In this document: positions 53,101-63,781 of the stretch, piece by piece | Numbering within the stretch: position 1 is the stretch's first letter | Layout of the letters: each line of letters begins with the position of its first letter | Source: Histomonas meleagridis 2922-C6/04-290x | Taxonomy: Eukaryota; Protista; Parabasalia | Direction: 5' to 3' | NCBI GenBank assembly: GCA_020184695.1 | Contig: JAANOX010000258.1 | Location: forward strand, 558,001-622,000 | DNA length: 64,000 nucleotides | Position numbers and translations under genes: made by a program | Notes under the pieces: generated by a model | Told to the model about the DNA's origin: nothing | The model's database searches: none | Seen by the model: the letters and a program-made list of their open reading frames with translations, nothing else

Positions 53101-54007
53101 TCATTGTAAGCCGACAAAGATGTAGTGTACTTGTAAAAACTGAATATGATGTTGTTTTTGATAAGATTAAAATGATTGAGCAAATTAAATTTCGTATAAT
53201 TTTCAGATAACCAAATGAAGTGTGAATGATTTCTTTGTCACAATTAAGAAAACTAATAATGAGTTGAATGGATAATAATGTTGAAAATTCAGGATTCTTA
53301 TTATCGGATAGGGTATTAGTACAAATGGTTCGCAAAAGAAGTAGGCCGTCGGATTCATAAACATTATATGGTTCTGGGATAAAAGATTGATTATCTAATA
53401 TTTCAAAAAGTTCAGATAACATGCTACGAAAAACGATAGTTTTTGCTACACTAAAACCAATTAACTTCTCGTCGGTATCATAGATTGGTGGTTTTTCAAA
53501 TCTATTTGCAATGGAAATAATAGCTTGAAAGATTGCTGCTTTTGAGGCTGAATCTTCAGTATGGTTTGTACTTGTAACAGTGCATTCGAATAATGCTTGA
53601 AAATAATTTAGTAATGTTTCATTATGTACTGGTGATTCGATGGATGTTTCGCCTGAAATAACGCCAAGTGAAAAACGAACTATTTGGAGTTTGGCATTTT
53701 TGTAGATTTTTGGTGAAAATTCTGAAAAAATTTTACCAATTTCTATTAGAATATGCGTATTTGTTTCTGGGATTATAAAATCAAGAAGCTTTTGGCAATA
53801 AGCTTCACATAGAGCTTGTAATGATTTTTCGATTAAATTTGTTTCATTTGATTTTAATGATATTATTAATGGATAAAAAAAATCATGCGAAAAAGTTTCT
53901 TTGTTTTTAAGAAGTTCTTTAATATCAACCTTTTTAAACGGCGATTTTATTGACTCCCAACCCCTATTTTTCCCTAAATAAATCAGGGATTCCTTAATCT
54001 TTTCCAT
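50114..54007 (-). CDS. Large Sec7-domain ARF-GEF (BIG/GBF1 family)
   Basis: Sec7 FKLPPESQQIDRIIEKFA and LHTDAHNPQV..KM; HUS-like LFVNFDCD; HDS FCLQKIVEV..FNMERVR..W; start at 54007 or 54034 (M3-like motif at 54014..54021 favours 54007). Confidence 0.9.
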   Translation of the reverse strand: MEKIKESLIYLGKNRGWESIKSPFKKVDIKELLKNKETFSHDFFYPLIISLKSNETNLIEKSLQALCEAYCQKLLDFIIPETNTHILIEIGKIFSEFSPKIYKNAKLQIVRFSLGVISGETSIESPVHNETLLNYFQALFECTVTSTNHTEDSASKAAIFQAIISIANRFEKPPIYDTDEKLIGFSVAKTIVFRSMLSELFEILDNQSFIPEPYNVYESDGLLLLRTICTNTLSDNKNPEFSTLLSIQLIISFLNCDKEIIHTSFGYLKIIRNLICSIILILSKTTSYSVFTSTLHLCRLTMTKYREMLKAETSVFFSTLFFGIIDGDSPEFFKLSVIEQIGKFSAPYLAQLFVNFDCDLDLQEANIFERMIKSLMNSPNKIESIKALSIILEKLNKWSSNQHPNSQTVLPFEKTHKLKIKYSKAIDEFNSDPEHNLKSLIKSGLVKEDPKSIATFFHTHRNLLSYSGVGLILGSSNSFYKEIMHEYIDIIDFSNKSLCEALYYFLSLFKLPPESQQIDRIIEKFAHSYYLTHKSEYPSASSVYDASFAIVILHTDAHNPQVIHKMQKNEFLKLYRDMDEGDALPVEFIESIYDYVVSHEIKLINSTDVISIQEDFRSQTQKGLESYKKSIDYIKEAQKQMRNSKHSEIRWISNINSDLVRPIFEMIWMPLNALASNNLNEDCSEELIESSLKILTSSIGISARFYMEIESTYCMSALCSFAKLQPWTTIRYQNLKAIRELLDMSKTFSSYYEPVWEKLITLFAQINYLMLIHNTTNLNNEIVNNNAKLIVTYIPLTEVDSLFEASSNFPSVAIISFVNALCKVSNNELAQHPPRTFCLQKIVEVTSFNMERVRFVWTQIWKPISNHLIEAGCFPNESIACTAVDSLRQLAGRFLSREEFQSFHYQKDFLKPFHSILRKSKSKNIRLHVLRSLNYTINKYHSKMKSGWEATFSMLESAATIKEVNRLALTVLIDILELHLNEIINEKFIKNVFNTIDKFLLIGKNITLSTVYIIVGIYEQMMKLNSGFNDFKYLLNCICGIIKNKIYANILLKKMKKITKNLYWKVISNDFLIKIIDENKNDENWLNEIGYKFVKLIIPNCCEQCINDGISLILKCSNVLNHKILNICVINIKKFRNDENKNIFIDVISNLLNSISINIKNNEKIDLMSELIIDLIDCFQPNDLKLISNSLKSKINQSILVIKTLLIISKKELSLNIIDINEFKKICVNLFEESDEGKVAVIDEVTKLDDKQFVEIAPSLAVNAAKDISCGEKKLSNALAAFFLRMSQKCFSENIVE

Positions 54008-54927
54008 GAATAAAAACCGCTTATATTTGGTCATTTGCACAAAAAACAAAAAGCTTTGCAATAAAAAATAAATACAAAAAAGCAAATTAAACATCTTTTA
54101 ATAATTAAAAAATTAAAGATTTTAAAAAGCATACAGTTTTCAAGAATTTTTAAAAAAATACAATTTGAAAAGATGATTGATCAAGTTGATTTTATTTCAT
54201 TTGTTAGTGGAATTTTTTCATTCTTCGAAAACTTATAAATATTTTCATCGTTTGACTTTTTAAATTTAAATTTTTATCAATTACCATTTTGATTTAAAAA
54301 ATATAAATTATTTTCAAAAATAATTGTAATGATATAACAAATTTTATTGGAATTTGAATTTTACTAACACTCGTTTTAAGTAATTCAGTTATTTTTTTGT
54401 GACAAAATCTGGATCGCAAGCGAGTTAAAATTAATCTTGACAAAATGTGTTAAGAAAAAATTTTATTATAGCATAATATGTTTCCGATTTTTTTACCAGC
54501 CTGATTATCACTGCTTTGATAATGGTTCCAGGAAACAAACCTGGTTTCAGAAAATCAATTGCACTTTTTGATCGGTTTCGGTGGATGAAATTTCATTCAA
54601 AAAGTGGACAAGAAACCACCTGTTCTTTTTGGAGCTTAAAAAGTTTACACTTGGCAACGTCATTACGATACAAGTTTTTCTGTGTAAAACTCCGTTTACA
54701 CCATTGAATTTTTTCACACAAAAGCCAACCAGAAAAGATTGTCCATTTCTTTCTCCAAAACTTGTTTTCAATATTTTGATTGAAGAATGTACGTGCACAA
54801 CAACAAAACAGAGAAACTTCAAGTTACTCAAAACAAAAATTTAAAAAGATTGAATATTAAAATGAATTAAGTTTAATTAACCTAAAAAAAAAAATAAAAA
54901 GGCATTAAGGTTAAAATATTTTTTAGA

Positions 54928-55218
54928 TTACGACTCAGTAGTTGTATAATATTCGTCAGTATAATAACCATCGCTTCCATAAGAATAATATGATGAATCA
55001 TCTGTAACAAATTCAGAACTGTGATTGCGTGGTGGTGCTTCAGGAGTTGGTGGTGTAGCTGGAACGGATGGCGCTGGTGTAACAGGAGCTGGTGGTGGGC
55101 TCGATGGTTGTGGAGCCGGCGTTTCTGGTTGTGGTGGAGGAGGAGAAGGAGCCTGGGCCTGTTGCTTATTTGGCTTCTTATCTGATGATGATGAGGGTTC
55201 GTCAACTTCCTTACACAT
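54928..55218 (-). CDS. Small proline-rich protein
   Basis: ATG directly after TCAG; GC-rich coding-like composition; PPPQP/PAP tract and acidic Tyr-rich tail. Confidence 0.55.
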   Translation of the reverse strand: MCKEVDEPSSSSDKKPNKQQAQAPSPPPPQPETPAPQPSSPPPAPVTPAPSVPATPPTPEAPPRNHSSEFVTDDSSYYSYGSDGYYTDEYYTTTES

Positions 55219-55686
55219 CTGATATCTGTTAACCGACTTTTTGGCGTTTTGTTGAAATTGAATACTGCTGTCAAAAACTTGTTTTAAAAAAAAGATAGAA
55301 CCGAAACCGTTATGATCAGCCCGCCAACAAAAAATAAAGACATGTCTTCATTTTCAAGGAGAAAAAATTTATACTCGTAATAATATAAATTTAATTGTTA
55401 TGTAAAGCAAGCTAAGTTAACGTTAAAATATTAAAAAATCGTCAGATATTAAAAATTATTTCCGAAAATAATCATTCAATTCGACATATACACATATAGT
55501 ATCTTTCACAAAGAAAGGAATTCCCTAAACGAAACCAATACACGAGTGCTAACAAAATACGTAAATTAAGAAATATGATTTTATCAACTTAGATACTGTC
55601 AAAATAGGTTACATGTTTTTTGTTTTTGCTAAAAGGATTTTTCATAAAACTAATTTTTGGTTTTCTTAAACTTTTTTTAATAAAAA

Positions 55687-58600
55687 ATGAATTTTGAAAT
55701 TCATCAAATTAAAATTAATCAAGAACATGAATTTAAAATTGTTCCTTCGTTAAAAAGGATAGAGGGAATTTCATATAATGAAAAGCTCATTTGTATATAT
55801 GGAAAAAATCATTTTAATTCACTAAGAAATCATGAGTATTCTGAATATTGTACAATGCCATATGTTCTTTTATATGGAGATCATTCATTTTTTCAAATTG
55901 GGGATCCTGAAAAGTGCATAGAACCAATTTTATGTTCTTCTGTTTCTCATCTTTCAGAAGATATTGTCACAGGTCATTTTAGTGGAAACATATCATTTTT
56001 TAATGCAAAAAAGAAATCATTAATTTCAAAAATGATTCGTGAAAATGGAAATGTTATTACTTATATTACTTATTCAGAAGATGATCAATCTTGTATTGCA
56101 ATTGAGAAAGAACATAAAATTTTACATTTTACAAGATTAGGTACATTATTATCACCTAAAGAACAATGTATATATACGAGTACAAATGTTTTAAGAAAAG
56201 TTTTCATGCCAAAAACATCTTCATCATTTTTTATTTTTTCGACAAAGAAAAGTGTAAATTTTTATAATGCAAACGAAATTATTTCTAATGTTACTAATAT
56301 TACTTCATGTAATGAAGGAACAATTGATTTTATTGCAAAAACTAAACTAAATGGAATCACGATTTTAATTGTTTGGTTTGGTTTAGAAGTTCAAATTTTT
56401 GGAATTGATAGTATTTCAGGAAGTATTATTCCTTATTATTCCCATAAATTTTTAAAGAAAATTATAACAACTGCGTTTTTAATAGATTTTTCTGTTCAAA
56501 TTCTTTTATCTGATGGATCTCTTTTTGATGTTGCAAATTATGAAAATAATAATATAGAAGAACAATATTATACAACTTCAGTTATAAAAAATAATCTTCG
56601 AAAAATAACTCATGTATCTATTCATGGAGAAACGCCATATTATTTTAACAAAGAAAAAATGTTTACAATACAATTTATTTCATGGAATGAAAACTTAATA
56701 AATATGTCTAGAAAAGGAGAATTTAATGAATGTTTTAAAATGGCTATAAATATTTTTGCTGGCTCAACAGTTCATATCTATGGCTTAAATCCAGATATTT
56801 ATTTAAGGTGTCGTGCATTACAAAGTATTATGTATGATATTTTTATGGATTTTATATGTTCTTCAAATGATCCAAAAGAAATATCATTTGGATTTAAAAC
56901 GGCAATTGAAATAAATATGTCGAATTTCATTACAGAAACAGCTTATAAATATTATACTGAAGAAAATTCTTTAAAATTCTTTTTAAAAGTTATATTTAAA
57001 TATATGGATTCAACTATATCAAATTATATTACATTAGAAATATATAAAGAAATGATTGAACTCGCAAAAAAAGAAAACAAAATTAATCAAGCAGAAAATG
57101 CAATTTTAAGAACAGGTATTCCAATTCATTATGCTGATGATTTATTTATAATTGCATTAGAAAATCAAATGATTAATATTCTTTTAAAAATATGGACTGA
57201 AATTTACGAAGATTTTTTATCACCATGTATATATTTTTATAAAACTCCATATTATAAGCAATATATAATTGATTTAATTTTAATTGATAAATATAAAACA
57301 AATCAATTACAAAAAGAACTTGTTATTTTATGGATATGTGTTCAAATAGGTGGTACTTATCCACGTTTATTCTTACTTTTGTCAAATGATCAAGAAATAG
57401 TTACAAAAATTATTACTGAATTTATAAAATATTTCCCAATAATTCTTGATGAAGAAACTAAAATTGAATTAGAGACTTTTTGTAAAATTATACTTCAAAC
57501 AATTGTTTCATTTCCAATTGATAAATTATGTGCTTGTATTGATGTTATAGCTCAATATATTTTGGAAATGAAAATAAAAATACCACAACTTTTCATTAAA
57601 ATTTTAATTGATTGGGCATTTCAATCAACAAAAACATCAATAAATATAAGAGAAAAAATAGTAATGATGTTAAATGAACAATATCCAAATATAATTATAT
57701 TTCAAGATATTATTGACTATTGTGAATCAGCTGGTTTTTCAACAATTGTAAATCTTTTCTATGCTGATGAAAAACGATATGATAAAGTGATTCATGCAAT
57801 GGCACTTACAGAAGAAAGAAGAAAATATGTTTTTGAATATATTAAAAATCCACAAAAAGGTTCGGAACTTTATCTAAATCCAAAAAATAAAGATGAAAGT
57901 TCAATATCTTTAGATTCACTAATAGGACAATCGAATCAAAAAGAGAAAATTAATGAAGGAAATGATTTTAGTATAAGTGAAAGTTCGTCATCAATAATAA
58001 TTAATGAAAAAATAATAAAAAATAAAAAACAAGAAACAAATCACAAAAATATTACATTTTTACATGAAAAAATTGATATTAAGAATAATGATGAATCTGA
58101 TTCTATTGAAGAAGAAACTTCAAGTGAGTCAACAACTATAAGTGAATCACAAGAAAACGAAGAAGAGTTTGAAACTTCAAAATCAATTTCTTTTAATGAA
58201 CCAAATAAATTATTTGATAATCATATGATCGAAACTATAAAAAACAATTTTTCTTTATTATTATTAATTGATTCTTCAAAAGCGATTTCATTATCATCAA
58301 AACATATTCCAGGATTTCATAATGAATTTCTTAAAAATGAAAATGATCCATTTATTAAATATCTTTATCTTACTGCAATATTTAAGTCAGAATGGCGAGA
58401 ATTATTAACAAATGATAATTATTATGATTTATTAGTATTCACATGCAGATATTGTCCAAATGAAGTACTTCCATTAATAAAAGCAAATCGAACAATATCA
58501 ATAGAAGATTCATTTAAAATATGTAAGCAACATCGAGTTATTGATGCATGTATTTATATCTATACATTAATTGGAAACATTAATTCAGCTGTAAATTTAA

Positions 58601-59493
58601 TTGTCGAAGAAATGGAAGCAGTTTTAGTTGAAGCGATTCGATTTGGTGGCGATATAAATGTTCCTTCAGTAGATTTAGTAAAAGAAGCACCTGAACTCCA
58701 AAGAGCTTATTATACAATGACTATAATATTTGATCTTATTAATAAATTCCCGAATTATGAAAAACAAAATATGTGGAAAGGGATTTTTATTGCATTTCAA
58801 TTACCTTTATATATCGCATGTAATGGGAAATCTTCACAAACAAAAAACGCAATAACACTTTTCTTTGCTTATTTCGTAGTTGAAGTACTTCAAAGAGCTT
58901 CTCCAGAAAATATTTTTAATGTTCTAAAAACAGAATTTTGCGGTATCGATCAAATTCAATATAGAAAAGTATTATCGGCCGTGTTTAAATATCTTGATTA
59001 TAACCAAATGTTATCAAATACTGTGTGTGAATTGCTTTTGGAAGATTGTGCTCATTTGTATCAAAAAGTTTTGTTAGTAAAAAATAGAGCTGCTTTTGTA
59101 TTCAATCCAATGTGCGCAATGTGCAACACACCAATTGATAATATGATTGGAGTTGGTGGATTGGTATTTGAATGCGGTCACATTTATCATAATAATTCAA
59201 GATGTGGTCAATTTAGAGATAAATGTCCATTATGTAGAAATGAGCTGATTGGAACAAAAAGAAATGAAGGGCAAGTAACATCAAGAAGTTCTTTGAATCA
59301 AACAATGAAGTTAAGAAAATTGGCGAGAGTGGAATTTGGTTTAAGATGTCATTATGGAAAATCTTGGGATAATTCTGAATCAGGTAATAATGTCTTTTTC
59401 GTAAGCGAGCCCAAGGTAGGCCAGAAGATGCCAATAAAACTAAAACTTCCCAAACAAATTCCTGATGTAAGATATGTTTTTACTGATTTTTGA
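55687..59493 (+). CDS. Vps8-like CORVET subunit (beta-propeller, solenoid, RING-H2)
   Basis: C-terminal CAMC...CGHIYH...C...CPLC RING; clathrin-repeat-like DACIYIY region; could instead be a Vps41-type paralogue. Confidence 0.7.
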   Translation: MNFEIHQIKINQEHEFKIVPSLKRIEGISYNEKLICIYGKNHFNSLRNHEYSEYCTMPYVLLYGDHSFFQIGDPEKCIEPILCSSVSHLSEDIVTGHFSGNISFFNAKKKSLISKMIRENGNVITYITYSEDDQSCIAIEKEHKILHFTRLGTLLSPKEQCIYTSTNVLRKVFMPKTSSSFFIFSTKKSVNFYNANEIISNVTNITSCNEGTIDFIAKTKLNGITILIVWFGLEVQIFGIDSISGSIIPYYSHKFLKKIITTAFLIDFSVQILLSDGSLFDVANYENNNIEEQYYTTSVIKNNLRKITHVSIHGETPYYFNKEKMFTIQFISWNENLINMSRKGEFNECFKMAINIFAGSTVHIYGLNPDIYLRCRALQSIMYDIFMDFICSSNDPKEISFGFKTAIEINMSNFITETAYKYYTEENSLKFFLKVIFKYMDSTISNYITLEIYKEMIELAKKENKINQAENAILRTGIPIHYADDLFIIALENQMINILLKIWTEIYEDFLSPCIYFYKTPYYKQYIIDLILIDKYKTNQLQKELVILWICVQIGGTYPRLFLLLSNDQEIVTKIITEFIKYFPIILDEETKIELETFCKIILQTIVSFPIDKLCACIDVIAQYILEMKIKIPQLFIKILIDWAFQSTKTSINIREKIVMMLNEQYPNIIIFQDIIDYCESAGFSTIVNLFYADEKRYDKVIHAMALTEERRKYVFEYIKNPQKGSELYLNPKNKDESSISLDSLIGQSNQKEKINEGNDFSISESSSSIIINEKIIKNKKQETNHKNITFLHEKIDIKNNDESDSIEEETSSESTTISESQENEEEFETSKSISFNEPNKLFDNHMIETIKNNFSLLLLIDSSKAISLSSKHIPGFHNEFLKNENDPFIKYLYLTAIFKSEWRELLTNDNYYDLLVFTCRYCPNEVLPLIKANRTISIEDSFKICKQHRVIDACIYIYTLIGNINSAVNLIVEEMEAVLVEAIRFGGDINVPSVDLVKEAPELQRAYYTMTIIFDLINKFPNYEKQNMWKGIFIAFQLPLYIACNGKSSQTKNAITLFFAYFVVEVLQRASPENIFNVLKTEFCGIDQIQYRKVLSAVFKYLDYNQMLSNTVCELLLEDCAHLYQKVLLVKNRAAFVFNPMCAMCNTPIDNMIGVGGLVFECGHIYHNNSRCGQFRDKCPLCRNELIGTKRNEGQVTSRSSLNQTMKLRKLARVEFGLRCHYGKSWDNSESGNNVFFVSEPKVGQKMPIKLKLPKQIPDVRYVFTDF

Positions 59494-59633
59494 TATTAAA
59501 AAATTCGGTTTCATTCGTAAGCAATAGGAGCCTATGTAAAAACAAATTTATTGTAAGTTGTTTGTTCATCATTTTCTTTGTTGATCTAAACGTCTTTTCA
59601 GGATGAAAAGCTCAAAAAATCCAGAAAAATAAG

Positions 59634-60329
59634 ATGAAAGATTCATCAAATAGTGATTTTCCAACAAGCACTTCTGATGAAGGACCGATAGTTGGTATTC
59701 CCCGCCCATTACCACCAACAGTTGATCATTCTAATTTTTCTGTTTTTTTGGAAGAAACCACGAAACCAATAAAACCAAACACTATAGTTGAATCTATTCT
59801 TCGTAGAGAAAAGAGAGGTCCAATTGGAACATATGCATACCAATTATTTGGATCAGAAATAACACCTATTTTTTCTGCAGTAACTAGGTCGACACTGTTA
59901 CATACAAAATACCGAATTATTGAGCCTTCTTCAGGAAAAATTTTGGGTAATATCAAATCAGATTCTAAAAGTCTAAAATTCGAAGTTAAGGGACCTGAAA
60001 TAAATTTTAAAGTTGTATATCAAAATAATTTTCTTGGCTCTTATGGTGCCAGATATTTTCAAGTGATTTTTGAAGATGGTAAAATATTTGAATCCAAGCC
60101 ACCTCTCATGATCAAAGGCCGTTACTACCAGGACTTCCATGACATGCAAGCTACAGAATCCATTAAAAATTTCGTTTGTATTGAACAGGGGAAATATGCA
60201 AATGAAGTTTGCATATTTGTTAGAGAGAGTCAAGACATTTTTAAAATGCGAATCACACATCCATTTAATCTTTTTATTGCATTTGCACTTGCTCTTACTA
60301 ATCTCCACACGGGTCTTTATCACAGGTAA
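59634..60329 (+). CDS. Tubby C-terminal-domain protein
   Basis: KPP...YYQDF...SIKNF and HPFNLFIAFALAL match Tubby core motifs. Confidence 0.75.
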   Translation: MKDSSNSDFPTSTSDEGPIVGIPRPLPPTVDHSNFSVFLEETTKPIKPNTIVESILRREKRGPIGTYAYQLFGSEITPIFSAVTRSTLLHTKYRIIEPSSGKILGNIKSDSKSLKFEVKGPEINFKVVYQNNFLGSYGARYFQVIFEDGKIFESKPPLMIKGRYYQDFHDMQATESIKNFVCIEQGKYANEVCIFVRESQDIFKMRITHPFNLFIAFALALTNLHTGLYHR

Positions 60330-60480
60330 TGTTTTTATTTGTTAAAATGTTTGTTTTTTTGATGATTTATCTATACTTAAATACTAATATATGAAATAAA
60401 TATTCGATTTGCGCAATAAATAATACTTTTATTATAAATATTTATTGTTTATTCACAAAAAATTATTGTAAGTTCATTTG

Positions 60481-62400
60481 CTAGTAATCAAATCTTGATC
60501 CAAAAGTGCTTCCATAATCACCGCCACCAGAATCGACATCAATGCTATCTGAGCTTATATCGAATTCCATATCGTCATCATCATCATCGTTATTATCTGA
60601 TGACACGTTCATGTTATCACCCGAAAAAGTTTCTTCTTCTTCGATGTTACCATAGTCAATATTATGGAAATAAGATTCGTAAAGGGAATCAACAGCTGAT
60701 GATGAACCAATAGAAATTGAGTCTTCTGTTTTATCTTTGTTTTTGGTAATTGAATCAAAATCATCAAATGTAATATCTTCATCAAACGTTTGGATTCCAG
60801 AATAAGAATTTTTGGAACTTTGCGATGTATTTTTCTTGGATTCATCGCTTTTAGTCATTGGAATGCCAATGATTGATTCGAAATCTTCAGATATAATATT
60901 TCCGTCATCTTTCTTTTCGTGTTCGATATTGGAAATATTGTCAATATCAAATACTCCTTCATTAAATACATTTGACTCTTCTTCTTTTGATATGTTGTTG
61001 CATTTTTCTTCTTGAATTTCATTAATTTCTCTTTTTGCTTTAATTAAATCAGTTGAAACAATTTGATCATCTATTTCTTCACTTAAAGTTTGTCTGTTGT
61101 TATTCTTTTCGTTGCTTAAAACGCTGTTTTCACTTTCGGAGTTTTTATTATTTTCATCACTTAAAATTTTATTATTTGTGTCGCTTTCTTTTTCCAATTT
61201 TTCAGTTAAAATACTTTTGTCATTTTCATTTTTAATTTCTTTAATTGAAATACTGTTTTCACTTTTGGAATTTTCATTAATTTCATTTAAAGTTATTTCA
61301 TTTTTGTCTTTTTCTTCTTCTGTTGATTCACTATTTTCACTTTCAGTATTTCCATTTATTTTATTTGTATTGTTTTCTACGTTAATTGAAATACTTTTTT
61401 CACTTTCAGTGTTTTCGTTAATTTTATCATTTAAAATTATTTCATCCTTTTTGTTTTCTTCTTCAAATTCATCACTTAAAATGTTATTTTCGTTTTTAAC
61501 ATTTAAATTAATTTTGATATTATTTATATCACTACTTACATTTTCATGTTTAATATCTGCTTTGTTACTGTCACTTTGGTCCTCATCAAAGTCAAAAATG
61601 TTTTCGATTGATGTTTCTTCATTACTTGCACTAAGTATTGCAATATCATTTTTTTCATCAAACTTTGGTTCAATTGATTCATCAATAATTTTTGTAACTT
61701 TTGGCATTTGTTTTGATTTTTCAGTTGAATCATTTTTATCATTAGATATGTCGGAATGTTCAAAATTGTTTTCATTTGTAGTAGAAAGAGATTCTTCTTG
61801 TGCACTTAATTCGTCTTTTGGAATGCTTTCTGTTGTCGATATTTTTGGTGCACCTGAACATGGTGTATTTATAGTATTGTTTTGTTTAGTTTCAAGAGAA
61901 AATATTTCTGATTGTGTAATTTCATATTTTGTTTTTTCTTTAGGATTTTGGTAGTTGTGTAATGTGTTCATATCATTGGATTGTAGGTCATAACGTGTAA
62001 CTTTAGTTGGTGTATCATCATATTTGGGAAGTGTGATTTTGGTTTGGAGTTCTTTTTTAAAAATTAACCGAGATTCATTGAATAGGTTCTCACCTTCTTC
62101 AGCAAGGTCATCAAGTCCCCAATCCATTTTTGTTGTCTTTTTAAAATCTTGTGATCTTGATACATTTGTAATAGTTGACTTGCAACGGAGGAGTTGGGCT
62201 TCAAGAACGCCAATTTCTTTTGCATATCTACTGATAATTTCAGAATGTTTTTGCTTTTCTTCTGATATACTTGAATAAAGCATCTCATTTTCGACTTGAA
62301 TTTTAAGTAGACTTTCCTTGAACATTTTATAGTGATTCCATATCATGCTCTTTAGTTTAGCATTTTTTCTTCTTAATCTTTCTAATTTTTGTGATTCCAT
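60481..62400 (-). CDS. Acidic low-complexity protein with N-terminal coiled coil
   Basis: 639-aa ATG-initiated ORF, E/N/S/D-rich. Confidence 0.75.
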   Translation of the reverse strand: MESQKLERLRRKNAKLKSMIWNHYKMFKESLLKIQVENEMLYSSISEEKQKHSEIISRYAKEIGVLEAQLLRCKSTITNVSRSQDFKKTTKMDWGLDDLAEEGENLFNESRLIFKKELQTKITLPKYDDTPTKVTRYDLQSNDMNTLHNYQNPKEKTKYEITQSEIFSLETKQNNTINTPCSGAPKISTTESIPKDELSAQEESLSTTNENNFEHSDISNDKNDSTEKSKQMPKVTKIIDESIEPKFDEKNDIAILSASNEETSIENIFDFDEDQSDSNKADIKHENVSSDINNIKINLNVKNENNILSDEFEEENKKDEIILNDKINENTESEKSISINVENNTNKINGNTESENSESTEEEKDKNEITLNEINENSKSENSISIKEIKNENDKSILTEKLEKESDTNNKILSDENNKNSESENSVLSNEKNNNRQTLSEEIDDQIVSTDLIKAKREINEIQEEKCNNISKEEESNVFNEGVFDIDNISNIEHEKKDDGNIISEDFESIIGIPMTKSDESKKNTSQSSKNSYSGIQTFDEDITFDDFDSITKNKDKTEDSISIGSSSAVDSLYESYFHNIDYGNIEEEETFSGDNMNVSSDNNDDDDDDMEFDISSDSIDVDSGGGDYGSTFGSRFDY

Positions 62401-62482
62401 TTCACATTTGTCTGCACGTTTAATATTGTTAACGGTTTGTTTTAGGGCACACTTAAAGACGTTAAGGCACTAGATAGCTAAA
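62401..62482. promoter_or_regulatory. 82-bp bidirectional promoter with M3-like motif at 62430..62438
   Basis: Head-to-head ATGs 82 bp apart; TAACGGTTT fits DRCSGYTD on both strands. Confidence 0.5.
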
Positions 62483-63781
62483 ATGGAAAATCAATTATTC
62501 TTTTCTGAGAGTTCATATCAATCCGAGAGCACAAGGCTAGTAACCACATTGCAAAATGAGAACGAAAGATTAAAAGCGAAAAATTCTAAATTACAAGAAA
62601 AAATACAAATTTTAAAACAACAATTTAATTCAATAAAATTACAAAAAGAACTCCTCGAAGAACAAAATAAATTGCTTAAGGCATCTCAGCCACTTCCAAC
62701 AAATGAAAAAAATACCGAAAAAACACTACCAATATCTAAAGTAAGTCAAATTTTAGAAGAATTTGATTCTCTTTTAGAAATGCAAGGAAAGGAAATTTCA
62801 CAATTGATGGAGGACAAAGATAAACTTTCTTCTTTATGTTTTAATTCTCTTGTTTTGATCAATCAACAAGAAAGGATGTTGAAAAAATTTAAGAATGGAA
62901 CAGATAATCTTATTCGATTTATCTCAGATCCAACTGGTCCTACGAATTCAATCATTCAAGATTATTCAACATTGGGATTTAACATTGATAATGTTATTTC
63001 AAAACTCCAAAAAAATAACGAAAAAGAAAAGACAAAACGAATGCATTTCCAAGAACGCGCTTCGAATATCGAAAAAAAAGATGTCAACCATCTTCTAGAA
63101 GATATTTTAAATGAACAAATTGGACCTGAAACTACCCAAAAAATAATAAAAATTTATTCTCAACAAACAGAAGAAGAAAAAAAGGAAATTGAAAAGATTA
63201 AACAAGAGAAACAAGAAATTCAAAATAAGCTTTCAGCACTACTAAATTACATTCAGCCTAATGAAAAAAGACCATCTACAAAAGGAGCAATTGCATGTAT
63301 TAAAGAACTACGAAAAAATTCGAAAAAAGGTGAAAACGCATTTGATATTGCTCATAAAATTGTTTCTATTTTTGTTGAATTTGGAGATAAATTCCCATCT
63401 AGCATCGAAGCTCAAACATGCTTAATGAGAATAAATAAATGGTTACAAAACCCTAATTCAGGGATTGATGTAACTCAAGAAATCAATTTTCTATTGGGAA
63501 TATGTATACCAGGAAAGTTAAGCATAGTTGAGCCTACTGAAAAGCAAGATGACATTAATTTTGATGATCTTGGGTATACAAAATCTAACAAGCAAACACA
63601 GATCGATAAAGAAGTAATAAGACAAATAAGGGAATTGAAACATACAGTTCAAGAAATGAAAGAACAAATTCAAGAAGATGAAAACGAAAGAAGAATTTTC
63701 ATCACAAAATATTTCAAGAAGAAAATTCCTATATCATTAAGATGGTCTCAAATTTGTGAATATCTCTTATCATTAAAATAA
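62483..63781 (+). CDS. Coiled-coil hypothetical protein
   Basis: 432-aa ATG-initiated ORF rich in heptads. Confidence 0.8.
   Translation: MENQLFFSESSYQSESTRLVTTLQNENERLKAKNSKLQEKIQILKQQFNSIKLQKELLEEQNKLLKASQPLPTNEKNTEKTLPISKVSQILEEFDSLLEMQGKEISQLMEDKDKLSSLCFNSLVLINQQERMLKKFKNGTDNLIRFISDPTGPTNSIIQDYSTLGFNIDNVISKLQKNNEKEKTKRMHFQERASNIEKKDVNHLLEDILNEQIGPETTQKIIKIYSQQTEEEKKEIEKIKQEKQEIQNKLSALLNYIQPNEKRPSTKGAIACIKELRKNSKKGENAFDIAHKIVSIFVEFGDKFPSSIEAQTCLMRINKWLQNPNSGIDVTQEINFLLGICIPGKLSIVEPTEKQDDINFDDLGYTKSNKQTQIDKEVIRQIRELKHTVQEMKEQIQEDENERRIFITKYFKKKIPISLRWSQICEYLLSLK

Noticed and set aside
61097-61954. 285-aa plus-strand ORF and the other short ORFs antisense or off-frame to long genes
   Set aside because: Shadow ORFs produced by low-complexity or biased coding on the opposite strand
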